Positions 51,200 to 63,070 of a stretch of DNA of 64,000 nt are shown here, piece by piece. The stretch lies in NCBI RefSeq assembly GCF_006345805.1, contig NC_043007.1, positions 65,286,001-65,350,000 of the forward strand, given 5' to 3'. Made by a program: the position numbers and the translations under genes. Under the pieces are notes generated by a model. It was not told the DNA's origin. It worked only from the letters and a program-made list of their open reading frames with translations, and searched no databases. The stretch's first letter is position 1, and each line of letters begins with the position of its first letter. The stretch is from Octopus sinensis. Lineage: Eukaryota.

Positions 51200-51664
51200 T
51201 TTGCTACACACATATGGTTCTGCTACTCACGCACACACACATATGTGTGTGTGTGTGTAGCAAAACCATGTGTGTAGCAAAACCATTATTTCACGTGACT
51301 GAATAAGTGATTACAACAACTCTATATTGCAAATGACCAGTACACAGAAACTGGAACAGATAGCACGTGTTCCTTCAAGCTGCGGTCTTAGTTTATCTTG
51401 AAAATATCGGACTGGAAACTAAATAGGTTAATTCTAAGCGCAAAATGATCACAATTATTCAATTTTGTTAATGTGAATGCACTTAATATGTATTTATGTA
51501 TTTAGTCCTGAAGGAGATTCTTGAAAACTAAGTTTGTTGTAAATATGGTCTCCTGAGAACATGAAGCGCCTAAAACAATTCGTTAAAAAGCTCCTGCTCA
51601 CGATATAGAGTTCATTCCCCTATGTCCTGTCCTGTGGACGCAACTGAGCTAAGAGGTTTATACA

Positions 51665-51666
51665 TG

Positions 51667-51709
<43 letters not shown>

Positions 51710-51727
51710 TCTATCTATCTATCTATA

Positions 51728-51761
<34 letters not shown>

Positions 51762-51794
51762 TATCTATCTATCTATCATCTATCTATCTATCTT

Positions 51795-51860
<66 letters not shown>

Positions 51861-51913
51861 TTCTATCTATCTATCTATCTATCTATCTACTATCTATCTA
51901 TCTATCTATCTAC

Positions 51914-52006
<93 letters not shown>

Positions 52007-52035
52007 AATCTATCTTTCTATCTATCTGTCTATCT
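51665..52035. repeat. Long (TATC)n microsatellite
   Basis: Seen directly. Confidence 0.97.
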
Positions 52036-52418
52036 TATGTTTTACTTGTTTCAGACATTGTTACTGTGGTCATGCTTGAGCATCGCCTTGAAGGATCTTA
52101 GTCTAATAAATCGACCCCAAACTTTTTTTAAGCCTAGTCCTTATCCTATCGTTCCTTTTGCTGAACTGCTAAGCAACTTAAACACACCAACACCGATTCT
52201 CAAGACATGATTAGGGACAAACACACGCGCGCACATACACACACATTCACACACACACACGATGGGCTTCTTTCAGTTTCTTCCAAACAAATCCACTCAC
52301 AAGGCTTTGGTCGGCCCGAGGTTATAATAAATGACTCTTACCCAAGGTGCCGCGCAGTGGGACTGATCCCAGAACCATGTAGTTGGGAAGGAAGCTTCTT
52401 ATCACACAGCCACTCCTG
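52035..52418 (-). mobile_element. SINE family A, full length
   Basis: Reverse complement is colinear with 14743-15143. Confidence 0.9.
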
Positions 52419-52673
52419 TATATATTTATAACATGCCATATACACAATATCATGCCAAAGAAAACTCAGTATATCTAGTGGGATATCTTTTTTTACATCA
52501 TGCACCTGAATTGACACAGCCTGCACTGATTGATGCAGCACAATAACGAGATGCACACTATCCTACACCTAAAGGACAGCTGCAGAATGGGTTGAAACGA
52601 TTGTTGTGCTGAATAAAGATTTGTACTAAATTCATCTTCCGTTTCTTTCACCAGTTATATATATGTATATATA

Positions 52674-52886
52674 CTCTTTACTCTTTTACTTGTTTCAGTC
52701 ATTTGAATGTGACCATGCTGGAGCACCGCCTTTAGTCGAGCAAATCGACCCCAGAACTTATTCTTTGTAAGCCTAGTACTTATTCTATCGGTTTCTTTTG
52801 CCGAACAGCTAAGTTACGGGGACGTAAACACACCAGCATCGGTTGTCAAGCGATGTTGGGGGGGGGGACAAACACAGACACACAAA

Positions 52887-52929
<43 letters not shown>

Positions 52930-53088
52930 TCGACGGGCTTCTTTCAGTTTCCGTCTACCAAATCCACTCACAAAGATTTGGTCGGCCCGCGGCTATAGTA
53001 GAAGACACTTGCCCACGGTGCCACACAGTGGGACTGAACCCGGAACCATGCGGTCGGCAAGGAAGCTACTTACCACACAGCCACTCCT
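52674..53088 (-). mobile_element. SINE family A, full length
   Basis: Reverse complement is colinear with 14743-15143. Confidence 0.92.
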
Positions 53089-53149
53089 ACGACTGAATAC
53101 CTCGTAAATATATAGGGAGAATTCACAAAAAAATAAAACAAATCAAAAT

Positions 53150-53255
53150 ACAAAACGAAGACAGTTGGTGTAGACAATAAACGGATGTATTAGTTTAACG
53201 CTCGGGAAATGAAAAATTCTTTAACGTTTCGAGCCTACGCTCTTCCACAGAATTG
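53150..53255 (-). mobile_element. PLE terminal-repeat fragment with variant hammerhead (53219-53254)
   Basis: Minus: CUGUGGA-A-GAGC-GUAG-GCUC-GAAA-CGUU-AA. Confidence 0.6.
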
Positions 53256-53685
53256 GATTGAAAAGGCATATCAACGGACTTCATACTGTAGCACTTGTTG
53301 CTTCTGCTAGCCAGCACAGCGGTGCATTATGCAACAGAATATGCAAATCATTGGCCGGGCTCAAGAGTCATTTCAATGATTCTTTCTAGCAATGGACTTT
53401 GCTCGTATACGAGAAAGCAGCTACTATATATAGATATATACCCGCGTACGTACGTGCGTATGTATGTATGTATGTATGTATGTATGTATGTATAGATGGA
53501 TGGATGGATGGATGGATGGATGGATGGATGGATGAATTACGCTTTTTCCCTCTGTTAAACCATGGTTCAAATCAGGACTCAATTCACAATTATGTAAAGT
53601 GTTTACTAAATTGTCAAAGTGATAGTTCAGACAGAGAGCTCGTCCGTTTCACGGGTCCGGATATGTCATACTAATCAAAGAAGTG

Positions 53686-53724
<39 letters not shown>

Positions 53725-54102
53725 ATCTATGAGGTATTTAGAATCTCATCGAGCAAGTTTGAACCCTAAAAAACACTGGTTTCGGCAAAATGATGAATAT
53801 TAACAGGATATTAGGAAATTTGCCATTTAATTGATGTGATCATGTGGGGAGGGTATAGAAATAGAATTTTGACGCGGGAGAGAATTGTAAAACTATGTGA
53901 TAGTACGAGCGATATTTCCTTTAAGGTGGCGAACTGAAATTTCCTTTCCTTATCATTAAGAACTAAAGTCGCATACCTGAATATTTTATTTTTACCAATG
54001 GTTATTCGTTGAGCTTCTTTTGCGAATTATACTTCTGTTAAGATAATTTCAGATATTCGCTCTTGTATTCTTGTGAGACTTATCACATGCACATAATTAT
54101 AC

Positions 54103-54135
<33 letters not shown>

Positions 54136-54149
54136 TGTATGTATGTATG

Positions 54150-54181
<32 letters not shown>

Positions 54182-55406
54182 AGAAAAATAAGAAAATAAA
54201 GATAAATCGATTAATAATTATATTTATCAATTACAAAACTAGACGTAATCCCTGACAGCTGTTTCGATTAAGACTTTTAAAATTTAATTAAAATTAAATC
54301 ATTATAAATTTGAATCTCACCGGAGATAGAAAAAAGATATACCATTACATTGTTATATTTTTATGAGTTAAGTGTACGGAGCATTTCAACTGAGAATTGT
54401 TTTATAAGAAAATTTTGTATAGACTTTATAAAGGGGGAATAGAAAGAGAAGTAATATAGGGGTAAATATGTTTATAAAAAATTATGTAACATAATATACT
54501 CTGGGTAATCATTAAAAAGTATAGAGATAAACAATATATAGTAATTAACCATGTATTTAAGTATCTTATTAATAAAGTGTAAATGTGTTTATAAAAATTG
54601 TACATTCATGGATTATAGCTAAGGGAAGTAACCGAGTAATGCATTTAACATTATAATATAATATTATAATATTATATGAGCCCGTGTATGTACATATTTC
54701 CATTCATTTTTCATCTTTTCTTTTCTCGTTCAGACAATTATTTGTAAATCGATATGTATCTCAGATGTATTCATAATATGATAACATATCCCTAGCCACA
54801 AGTATTATTTACTTCCCCTTTAGTATGTAAGGCCCCTTAGACAATTCATTCCTTGAGTATTTTCTTTTATTTTCATTTATTTGTTTTGTATTTTATTGAT
54901 AGATTTAACGGACCTGAACAACGCCATTGTTTTCAAATGTAAGCGGACCAATTAAATTGTAGGATTAACTTTGGCCTCACCCTACTCCCCATAGGGGTAT
55001 TAGGATGAGATTTTTGTTAATAAGTAATAACAGCACACTTAATTTTTACCCAAATTATTTCTTAATTGATATATTTATGCATTGATTTTCCCAAATAAGT
55101 TCACATTAAGTTAACCTTGTTAACTCTGTGATATTCTATTACATAGCCGTTAGCTTCTAACTTTTGACCCCTGTGATATGGACCATCCCATTAACCCCAC
55201 TCCACTACGTCTTACCCTTGTTATACCTCCCAGTAAATTGAAATACAATGTAATTCTCATAACCTATGAAGATTACTTCTGGAAGTGACATTTTTTTTAC
55301 CTCAGGATGTAATCTCTTAACCTATGGATATTTTGTACTATTCCCTTACTATTTTTTATTACTTTATTATTTTATTTTACTTCCCCACGTGTTAGATTCT
55401 AACTAT

Positions 55407-55625
55407 TTAGGTCAGCAGAAAATTGTCATAACTAAAGCTTTGTGACAACAGTCACCTTTACATCACAATAGAACCACCAATTTCCACTTGGTCTGCAACA
55501 TTTTCGACGGTGTGACATGCTTTGACCAATTAGTTTGGTACCACTAGTGTCGCGAAGAAACACATTGAGAGACCCTGGCCAGTTACACGTGTATGAAACT
55601 CCGAGTAACAATGAAGGATATCATC
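55407..55625 (+). repeat. ~220-bp dispersed duplicate, copy 1
   Basis: Nearly identical to 59277-59496. Confidence 0.9.
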
Positions 55626-55662
55626 TAACTTTCTTACCATTATGGACTTTCTTACCATTATG

Positions 55663-55808
55663 GACTCTCTGAAGAAACTTTGGGGATCAATTATTGTCTA
55701 ACCCCTGTCCAATTTTTGTTCAACCTTTGTACAATCTCTGTATAATACTGGTATGATGTGTAAACCTTGGCAAGTTGGACCCCGCAAAGTAGAAACAGCT
55801 GTAAGGTC
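55663..55808 (+). ncRNA. Putative type I hammerhead ribozyme with long stem II
   Basis: GAC(U)CU-CUGAAGA-A-ACUUUG-GGGAUCAA...UUGGACCCCG-CAAAGU-A-GAAA-CAGCUGUA^AGGUC; A-A mismatch at the base of stem II. Confidence 0.55.
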
Positions 55809-56160
55809 GTAGTATTATTCACTCATTCATTCTTATTCATTTATGTATTTTTTTATTTACTTGTTTATTTACTTTTTTTACTTACTTATATGATTGTAAT
55901 TAATTAATAGATCCAAATGAATGTTTGTAGGCTGATTGTTGACTGATTATCATTTTCTTCTTTGCCTTAGAAATTCTGGGTAAATTTCTGCTTTACCCCC
56001 ACTCGTACCTATTATTCAATTCCGCTACTGCCCTACAACAATAGGCATTTGGATATAAATACATAGGTATACATCCAGTAATATATACTAATATTTATTA
56101 TCCCTTAGATGGTTGTTTAACCTCTAACTCATACAGACATATATATTTATATATCTATGT

Positions 56161-56226
<66 letters not shown>

Positions 56227-56364
56227 TAGAGGGCATTATACATAATGCCAGAAGGCATTATACATACATGCCAAACGCTAAGAGGGACAATCAGTCATTT
56301 CTTACCAAAAAATATTACTAATCCACCGAATGCAATTTTTCAAAGTAAGACATTTAAAAATATA

Positions 56365-56410
56365 GACCTGTATCACAGTGATTTCATACTTACGTAATCA
56401 TCAGCAGGCC
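56365..56410 (-). ncRNA. Putative minimal type I hammerhead ribozyme, copy 1
   Basis: Exact reverse complement of 56777-56822. Confidence 0.7.
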
Positions 56411-56776
56411 TGAATGTATTATAAATAAACAACGACCCTGCCCCGCTTAAGCCGATCAGCTAACTGATCAACATCAACGAAGCACAGGGTGAGTTTACAT
56501 ATATTACATCCGGGTAAATGGCAAACTTTTACGAATTGCATTTCGGGAGAGGAAAAGTTTTTTCGAATAAAAATTTAGCAATTAAGGACAACTACTTAAT
56601 AAGGAAAACTTAACAAGAAATTGTCAGGTAGATAGCGTAAAAACCTCATAAGAGAAAAAATTTCGAAAATAATTATTTCTTATTGAACATATTAATTTAT
56701 ATGTTGATGTTGATGTTGATCAGTTAGCTGATCGGCTTAAGCGGGGCAGGGTCGTTGTTTATTTATAATACATTCA

Positions 56777-56822
56777 GGCCTGCTGATGATTACGTAAGTA
56801 TGAAATCACTGTGATACAGGTC
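56777..56822 (+). ncRNA. Putative minimal type I hammerhead ribozyme, copy 2
   Basis: GGCCUG-CUGAUGA-U-UAC-GUAA-GUA-U-GAAA-UCACUGUGA-UA^CAGGUC; predicted cleavage after 56816. Confidence 0.7.
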
Positions 56823-57255
56823 TATATTTTTAAATGTCTTACTTTGAAAAATTGCATTCGGTGGGATTAGTAATATTTTTGGTAGAAATGACTGATTGTC
56901 CCTCTTAGCGTTTGGCATGTATGTATAATGCCTTCTGGCATGTATGTATAATGCCCTCATATATATAAATTAATATGTTCAATAAGAAATAATTATTTTC
57001 GAAATTTTTTCTCTTCATGAGGTTTTTACGCTATCTACCTGACAATTTCTTGTTAAGTTTTCCTTATTAAGTAGTTGTCCTTAATTGCTAAATTTTATTC
57101 CGAAAAACTTTTCCTCTCCCGAAATGCAATTCGTAAAAGTTTGCCATTTACCCGGATGTAATATATGTAAACTCACCCATGTGCTTCGTTGATGTTGATC
57201 AGTTAGCTGATCGGCTTAAGCGGGGCAGGGTCGTTGTTTATTTATAATACATTCA

Positions 57256-57301
57256 GGCCTGCTGATGATTACGTAAGTATGAAATCACTGTGATACAGGT
57301 C
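57256..57301 (+). ncRNA. Putative minimal type I hammerhead ribozyme, copy 3
   Basis: Identical to 56777-56822; predicted cleavage after 57295. Confidence 0.7.
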
Positions 57302-57595
57302 TATATTTTTAAATGTCTTACTTTGAAAAATTGGCATTCGGTGGGATTAGTAAATTTTTGGTAGAAATGACTGATTGTCCCTCTTAGCGTTTGGCATGTA
57401 TGTATAATGCCTTCTGGCATGTATGTATAATGCCTTCTGCATGTATGTATAATGCCCTCTATATATAAATTAATATGTTCAATAAGAAATAATTATTTTC
57501 GAAATTTTTTCTCTTATGAGGTTTTTACGCTATCTACCTGACAATTCTTGTTAAGTGTTTTCCTTATTAAGTAGTTGTCCTTAATTGCTAAATAT

Positions 57596-57645
<50 letters not shown>

Positions 57646-58436
57646 CATACATATATATGTTTTATGTGTGTGTTTGTGTCCTGGGTTGTGACATTAAAAT
57701 TAACTGCATTAAAATTAAATAAGGCCCTAGTTCTGGAGCACGGGAGTTGTGGAGAGCGTGAAGTTACTCCTTTAATTACCATTACTCCCAAATCAGTTCT
57801 GACCAGGATCGCTAGTACGTGTCAGGGTCCGATCTATGGGCAAAATAGATTTTCCAAAGGTAGATGTCGTGGAGAAAGATACTCTAACAGTAAAATGTTG
57901 CAGTCAAAATAGTAAGTAATCTTGCAGCGCCTGTCTCTGGAACCTCTTATGGTGACCGAGAGAGCAGCAGAAGTGTTGTAGAAATATTTTTGATGTAAAG
58001 ATGTTTCCCTATCATTTCATTTCTTGGTAGGTTTTCTATTATATAAACCCCTTTGGCAATGAGTGCGTTGCATGAAAAGTCATATCCGAGCACATGCTGG
58101 AATGAAAGTAAATCAGAGCGATCAGGTTGAATGTGAGACGCCTATCATCTAACAAGAAGAGGCATTCATCATGTGTTTGTGAAGTATATATTTATATCTA
58201 TAGTTATGTATGTATTATCTATCCATCTATCTACTTGTCTATATATGCATACATATTTATCAATAGTTTGACTCAACTCCACATTACTTTGTGTTTCGAT
58301 AGCTTTAAGTAAAGTGAAGTTGCATACAACTATTATTAAATGCAGATAACTCGATTCAAATGAGCTAGGTGCTACTTTCTTTTAATTCTCCACTCGTGTG
58401 TATCGGTATGTGTATATACGCATTATGTGTGTGTGT

Positions 58437-58513
<77 letters not shown>

Positions 58514-58835
58514 CGCGCGCGTGTCCGATGAACGGTAACGTGAAACTGAATAACAGTTTGTGAAGATTTTTTCGGCTTTAATAAACAACATAATCCACGT
58601 TTGGTATTTCGGTACTACTTTTTACACCTTGCTTTTCATTTATGTACTTACGTGTGTGTGTATGTGTGTATGTATTTATCTCTGTGTGTATGTGTGTATG
58701 TATGTGTGTGCATGCGTGCGCGTGTGTGTGTGGCAAATATAAAAATGGAGTTAGTAAGTCATTTGATATTTCATTATGATGTATGATGCATTAAAATTTA
58801 CTAATTACATTTTTCATATTTGTCATTATAAAGAT

Positions 58836-59045
58836 GAGGAGCTGATAGAATCGTTAGTACATCGGACAAATTGCTTAGCGGCATTTCGTCTGTCTTGTAT
58901 GTTCTGAGATCGAATTCAGCTGAGGTCGGGTTTTCCTTTCATCCTTTCGGGATAGATAAAATAAGTAACAGTTGAGTACTGGAGTCGATAGAATCGACTA
59001 ACCCCGTCCCCAATCCCTTAAAATTTCACGTTTTGTGCCCGTAGT
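58836..59045 (+). mobile_element. SINE family B
   Basis: Head, core and tail colinear with 23044-23256. Confidence 0.82.
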
Positions 59046-59276
59046 TGGATGGATATTTGTCATAAATACTCAATGGATATTTGTAGATTTTCATTTATTT
59101 GAGCGCAAGAGTAAAATACTCTCCAAATTTCAATTATTTGTGGAAGTGCTTCGGGTTACTTACTCGTGTGTGTGTGTGTTTATGTGGGGTTATTGGATCT
59201 CAGATATTGTTTATCCGTTGAGGGATACTCATATGCCAATTTTTATGAATCGAAGCCAGTAACGTGAACGAAAATT

Positions 59277-59496
59277 TTTAGGTCAGCAGAAAATTGTCAT
59301 AGCTAAAGCTTTGTGACAACATTCACCTTTACATCACAATAGAACCATCAATTTCCACTTGGTCTGCAACATTTTCGACGGCGTGACATGCTTTGACCAA
59401 TTAGTCTGGTACCACTAGTGTCGCGAAGAAACACATTGAGAGATCCTGGCCAGTCACACGTGTATGAAACTCCGAGTAACAATGAAGGGTATCATC
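59277..59496 (+). repeat. ~220-bp dispersed duplicate, copy 2
   Basis: Nearly identical to 55407-55625. Confidence 0.9.
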
Positions 59497-60019
59497 AATT
59501 GTTATCCTGTAATTATAAACCTTATGTCAATATATAGAGTTCTTTCTTTTATTGGTACTTATAAACATATATGTATGTTAGTTTATGTGTGGTATGTGTC
59601 TGTATGCGCGCGAGTCTCTTTCCATTTGTGTGTGTGTGTGTGTGTGTGCGCACGTGCGTGTATGTGTGAATGAAAATGTTTCTTGACCATCACAAATACA
59701 TGTTTTGTAAGGAGTTATTGACTTGAATTCATTCTATAGGAAAATTGCCTACAGTGGAGTAAAAATGTTTGGTTAAGAAGATTGCTTTGCAAACAATTGA
59801 TGCCAGGTTCGATTCCAAAATGTAAATAAAATAGGAGAGAAGACGAATCAAAATGCATCGGTTATGTCATTACAATAGAATATAATTTTTATGCCACTAT
59901 GTGTGTGTAAACTCAAAAAATGCTCAGTCGATACCAAATCTTAGATTTACAATTCCTGTAGTTTTAAACATTTTAAAAAATACACATTATACATAATACA
60001 AATATATAAATATGTACAT

Positions 60020-60062
60020 ACGCTACACACAGACACAGGCACACACTCTTATGTGTGTGTAT

Positions 60063-60127
<65 letters not shown>

Positions 60128-60391
60128 TATTATATATATATATGTATATATGTATGTATATATATATATACCAATAAGGACTGAACACGAAAAGTGGACA
60201 GTCAACATGCTAGATATAGACGGTCAATCGCCATTCTCCACAAAAAGTCTATGTTCTCAGATCAACTCAGATCAAACTCAAAAATTATATATATAAAATT
60301 ATATATATTAAAATTATATATATAAAATTATTATATATATATAGATAATATATATATATATATATATATATATGTGTATGTGTGTGTGTGT

Positions 60392-60438
<47 letters not shown>

Positions 60439-60601
60439 TAGGAAGTTAAAAGTTATGGCCAGTCGTAGTGAAAATTGGTTTCGCACCTATAAAGGCGCTT
60501 AGCTGTATAGGCGGCTGTTAGACTCAAATGGTCGACGATATATGCGTACACACACACACACACATATATATATATACATGCACATATATATACATACATG
60601 C

Positions 60602-60632
<31 letters not shown>

Positions 60633-60700
60633 CATACACATGTGCGTGTGTGTGTATTGTGTGTGTGTGGTGTGTGTGTGTGTGTGTGTATGTGGTACTT
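60020..60700. repeat. Cluster of (TA)n/(CA)n/(CATA)n/(TG)n microsatellites
   Basis: Seen directly, with short unique spacers. Confidence 0.85.
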
Positions 60701-60934
60701 TTATTTAAATCTTGGCTCAACGGGCATTTCAACCGACTATATTTAAGCACCTATGTTATTTTTAAATCTTAAATTTAGTATCAGTTTATTTCACGTGAAT
60801 TTTAAACACGTAGAAAGCTATTTTAGCGTGATAATACCAGCATACGCTCCGATTCCTTTTGCTTCGCTTCATTTCTCACTTAAAATAATTACAGTATGTA
60901 CAAAAGGAACAAGTTCTATAAATATTCTTTTCTA

Positions 60935-61050
60935 CTCCAGGCACAAGGTCCGAAATTTTGAGGGAAGGGGACCAGTCGATTAGATCGAAATCAATACGCA
61001 ACTGATACTTAATTTATCGAACCCGAAAGGATGAAAGGGAAAGTCGACCT
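60935..61050 (-). mobile_element. SINE family B, 3' portion
   Basis: tacttaatttatcga.cccgaaaggatgaaagg.aaagtcgacct. Confidence 0.82.
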
Positions 61051-61073
61051 TGTATATTTACATACAACAATAC

Positions 61074-61118
<45 letters not shown>

Positions 61119-61198
61119 ATCCTATCTATCTATCTTCTATCTATCTATCTATCTGTCTGTCTGTCTGTCTGTCTATTTATCTATCTATTTATCTATTA

Positions 61199-61298
61199 NN
61201 NNNNNNNNNNNNNNNNNNNNNNNNNNNNNNNNNNNNNNNNNNNNNNNNNNNNNNNNNNNNNNNNNNNNNNNNNNNNNNNNNNNNNNNNNNNNNNNNNN
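61199..61298. other. Assembly gap (100 N)
   Basis: Seen directly; adjoins a (TATC)n tract. Confidence 1.
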
Positions 61299-61330
61299 TC
61301 TAATACTCTATCACTTTCGTTTTCAACCCG

Positions 61331-61377
<47 letters not shown>

Positions 61378-61964
61378 GTGCGTGGTGTATGTCTGTGCGT
61401 ATACTCACACATTTATGTCTGTGTACACATGTATATTTCTCTTAGTTTCTCTCTCTCCACTCTTCCCCTCCCCCTCTCTCTGTGCGCGAAAAACACTATT
61501 TGATTACTATTACTTATTCATGTTTATCTGATCTGCCAAACGATAGAGCGTCGAACTAGAAGGCTTATGCAATATAGTATTTAGTTACACCCGTCCATAT
61601 TAATGAGTGCAATTTAAATAACCAACTACCTTGAATTGAGCTGGTCGTTGACTTCCGTCTCCTTAGAGATTCAACTAAAATAAGTACCAGCAATATACTT
61701 GACTTCCTTTCAAACAGACTAGCTCACGCCCCCTATTCTCCAATCTGTTTCACTAAAATGTATTGTTTTTCAAGTGGGACCCTTTTTTATTTACTTTTAT
61801 GTCAGTAGGGAAAGCAATGTCCATGATCCTTTACAGGTTGTAGGCACTGCCTTCGGATGCCTTGAATACTTGTTTGGATTGGATGAAGGTACTTCAAGCT
61901 AGAGAGCTAGTATGCATGCTAAACACTTAGACGAAGCCAAAGTGCGTCAGGAACGATAAATTAA

Positions 61965-62045
61965 AGCACCAGTTAAATACTGGGGTCAGTGTAATTGCCT
62001 TTCTACTTCAACTCAAAACTGCTGGCATTGTGCCAAAATTAGAAA
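61965..62045 (+). mobile_element. SINE family B, 3' fragment
   Basis: aattaaagcaccagttaaatactggggtc...ctgctggcattgtgccaaaatt. Confidence 0.65.
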
Positions 62046-62049
62046 GAGT

Positions 62050-62990
62050 CATTGTTGCTGTTGTTGTTATTTTGGTTTGGCACAAGTTTGGTCTTATTCC
62101 TAGTAGGATTTATGTGGGTAACAGGTTACTACCTGTAGCCTTAGGTATCCACAAGTTTTCAGCAGTCTTTCAAGTGCTTAGAACCTTCCCGATGACCCTT
62201 GCTGTCCCTAAAAGACAAAATTTCCGCATGAGCTCTACCGGTCATTCTATTTCAATCTCATTCAGCCAATCTGTCTATATTTTTGCGCCAATTATTACAG
62301 GCATCACTTTTACTATTCGCATGCTCCAAATTCTTCCTATTTCAAATTTTAAGGGATTCTATTTTTTTTGTTTTTCTTCCTCTTTTTTTTACGATCCTGG
62401 AATCAACAGGCATGATGGGTCGATGAGTAAGCAACTTCACTTTTCCTTGTCTATAATCGTTATATATGGTCTATTATTTTCTAACTTTTTGTCCGTTTGA
62501 ATAGGATAGTCTCATAAAATCTTAAATATTTTCAACTCTAATACTCTTTCGACTCGATGGTTGTACCATGTGTTTCCAACTTTAAATCCCCATTCCAGGC
62601 ACAGTTTCCAGTGTAAAACTTTTACATACTGGTCTTGCTTCCGTTTCTTATATTCTTCCTGTGCCAACCTGGAGCATTCTGCCACAAAGTGTGCTACTGT
62701 CTCGTTCTAAGTTCCACAGGCTCTACATTTTTCTGACACATTCCATATATATTTTCTCACAAGTTCAAATGTATTATTTGCAATTGATCACGCTTGATTT
62801 TGGGCTGCTACAATCAGATTTTCTGCTTCTTTTTTTAATCGCACCTTTTTCCAACCAAGCCCGGGATTTTGCTCCATTATACATCTTCAGTGGCACTCAA
62901 AAATTGGCCGTGCAGAGGTTTCTCTTCGATCACGTCTTCTCTTTGTATTTCATTCTTGCCCTTTTTTTCTATTACGAGTTTCATCACTTG
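62050..62990 (-). mobile_element. R4/Dong-clade LINE, decayed 3' portion (CCHC zinc knuckle and RLE)
   Basis: Minus: KPLHGQF, ENLIVAAQ.QA, KCRACG..ETVAHFVAECSRLAQEEYK, IQTDKKLENNRPYITI, LLID, CLLGTARVIGKVL. Confidence 0.88.
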
Positions 62991-63020
62991 TTTATTATTA
63001 TTATTATTATTATTATTATA

Positions 63021-63067
<47 letters not shown>

Positions 63068-63068
63068 C
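62991..63068. repeat. (TTA)n microsatellite
   Basis: Seen directly. Confidence 0.97.
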
Positions 63069-63070
63069 AT

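Larger units (their letters stand above)
54181..56140. mobile_element. AT-rich PLE-like composite with outward-facing hammerhead motifs
   Basis: Degenerate HHR on minus at 54248-54328 and near-intact HHR on plus at 55663-55808; (TA)n on both flanks. Confidence 0.55.
56228..57592. mobile_element. Retrozyme-like or non-autonomous PLE array: 479-bp unit, about 1.85 copies head-to-tail (56703-57592) plus one inverted copy (56228-56702)
   Basis: Period 479 (56721 vs 57200); the inverted copy is a circular permutation; no ORF; (TA)n on both flanks. Confidence 0.85.

Noticed and set aside
57664-57912. 82-aa ORF in unique sequence
   Set aside because: It starts in a microsatellite, has no recognisable motif and has no splice support; its length is within chance.
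61199-61445. ORFs spanning the N run
   Set aside because: They cross the assembly gap; contiguity across it is not established.
62030-62500. 156-aa plus-strand ORF
   Set aside because: It is an antisense shadow of the R4/Dong RLE region.
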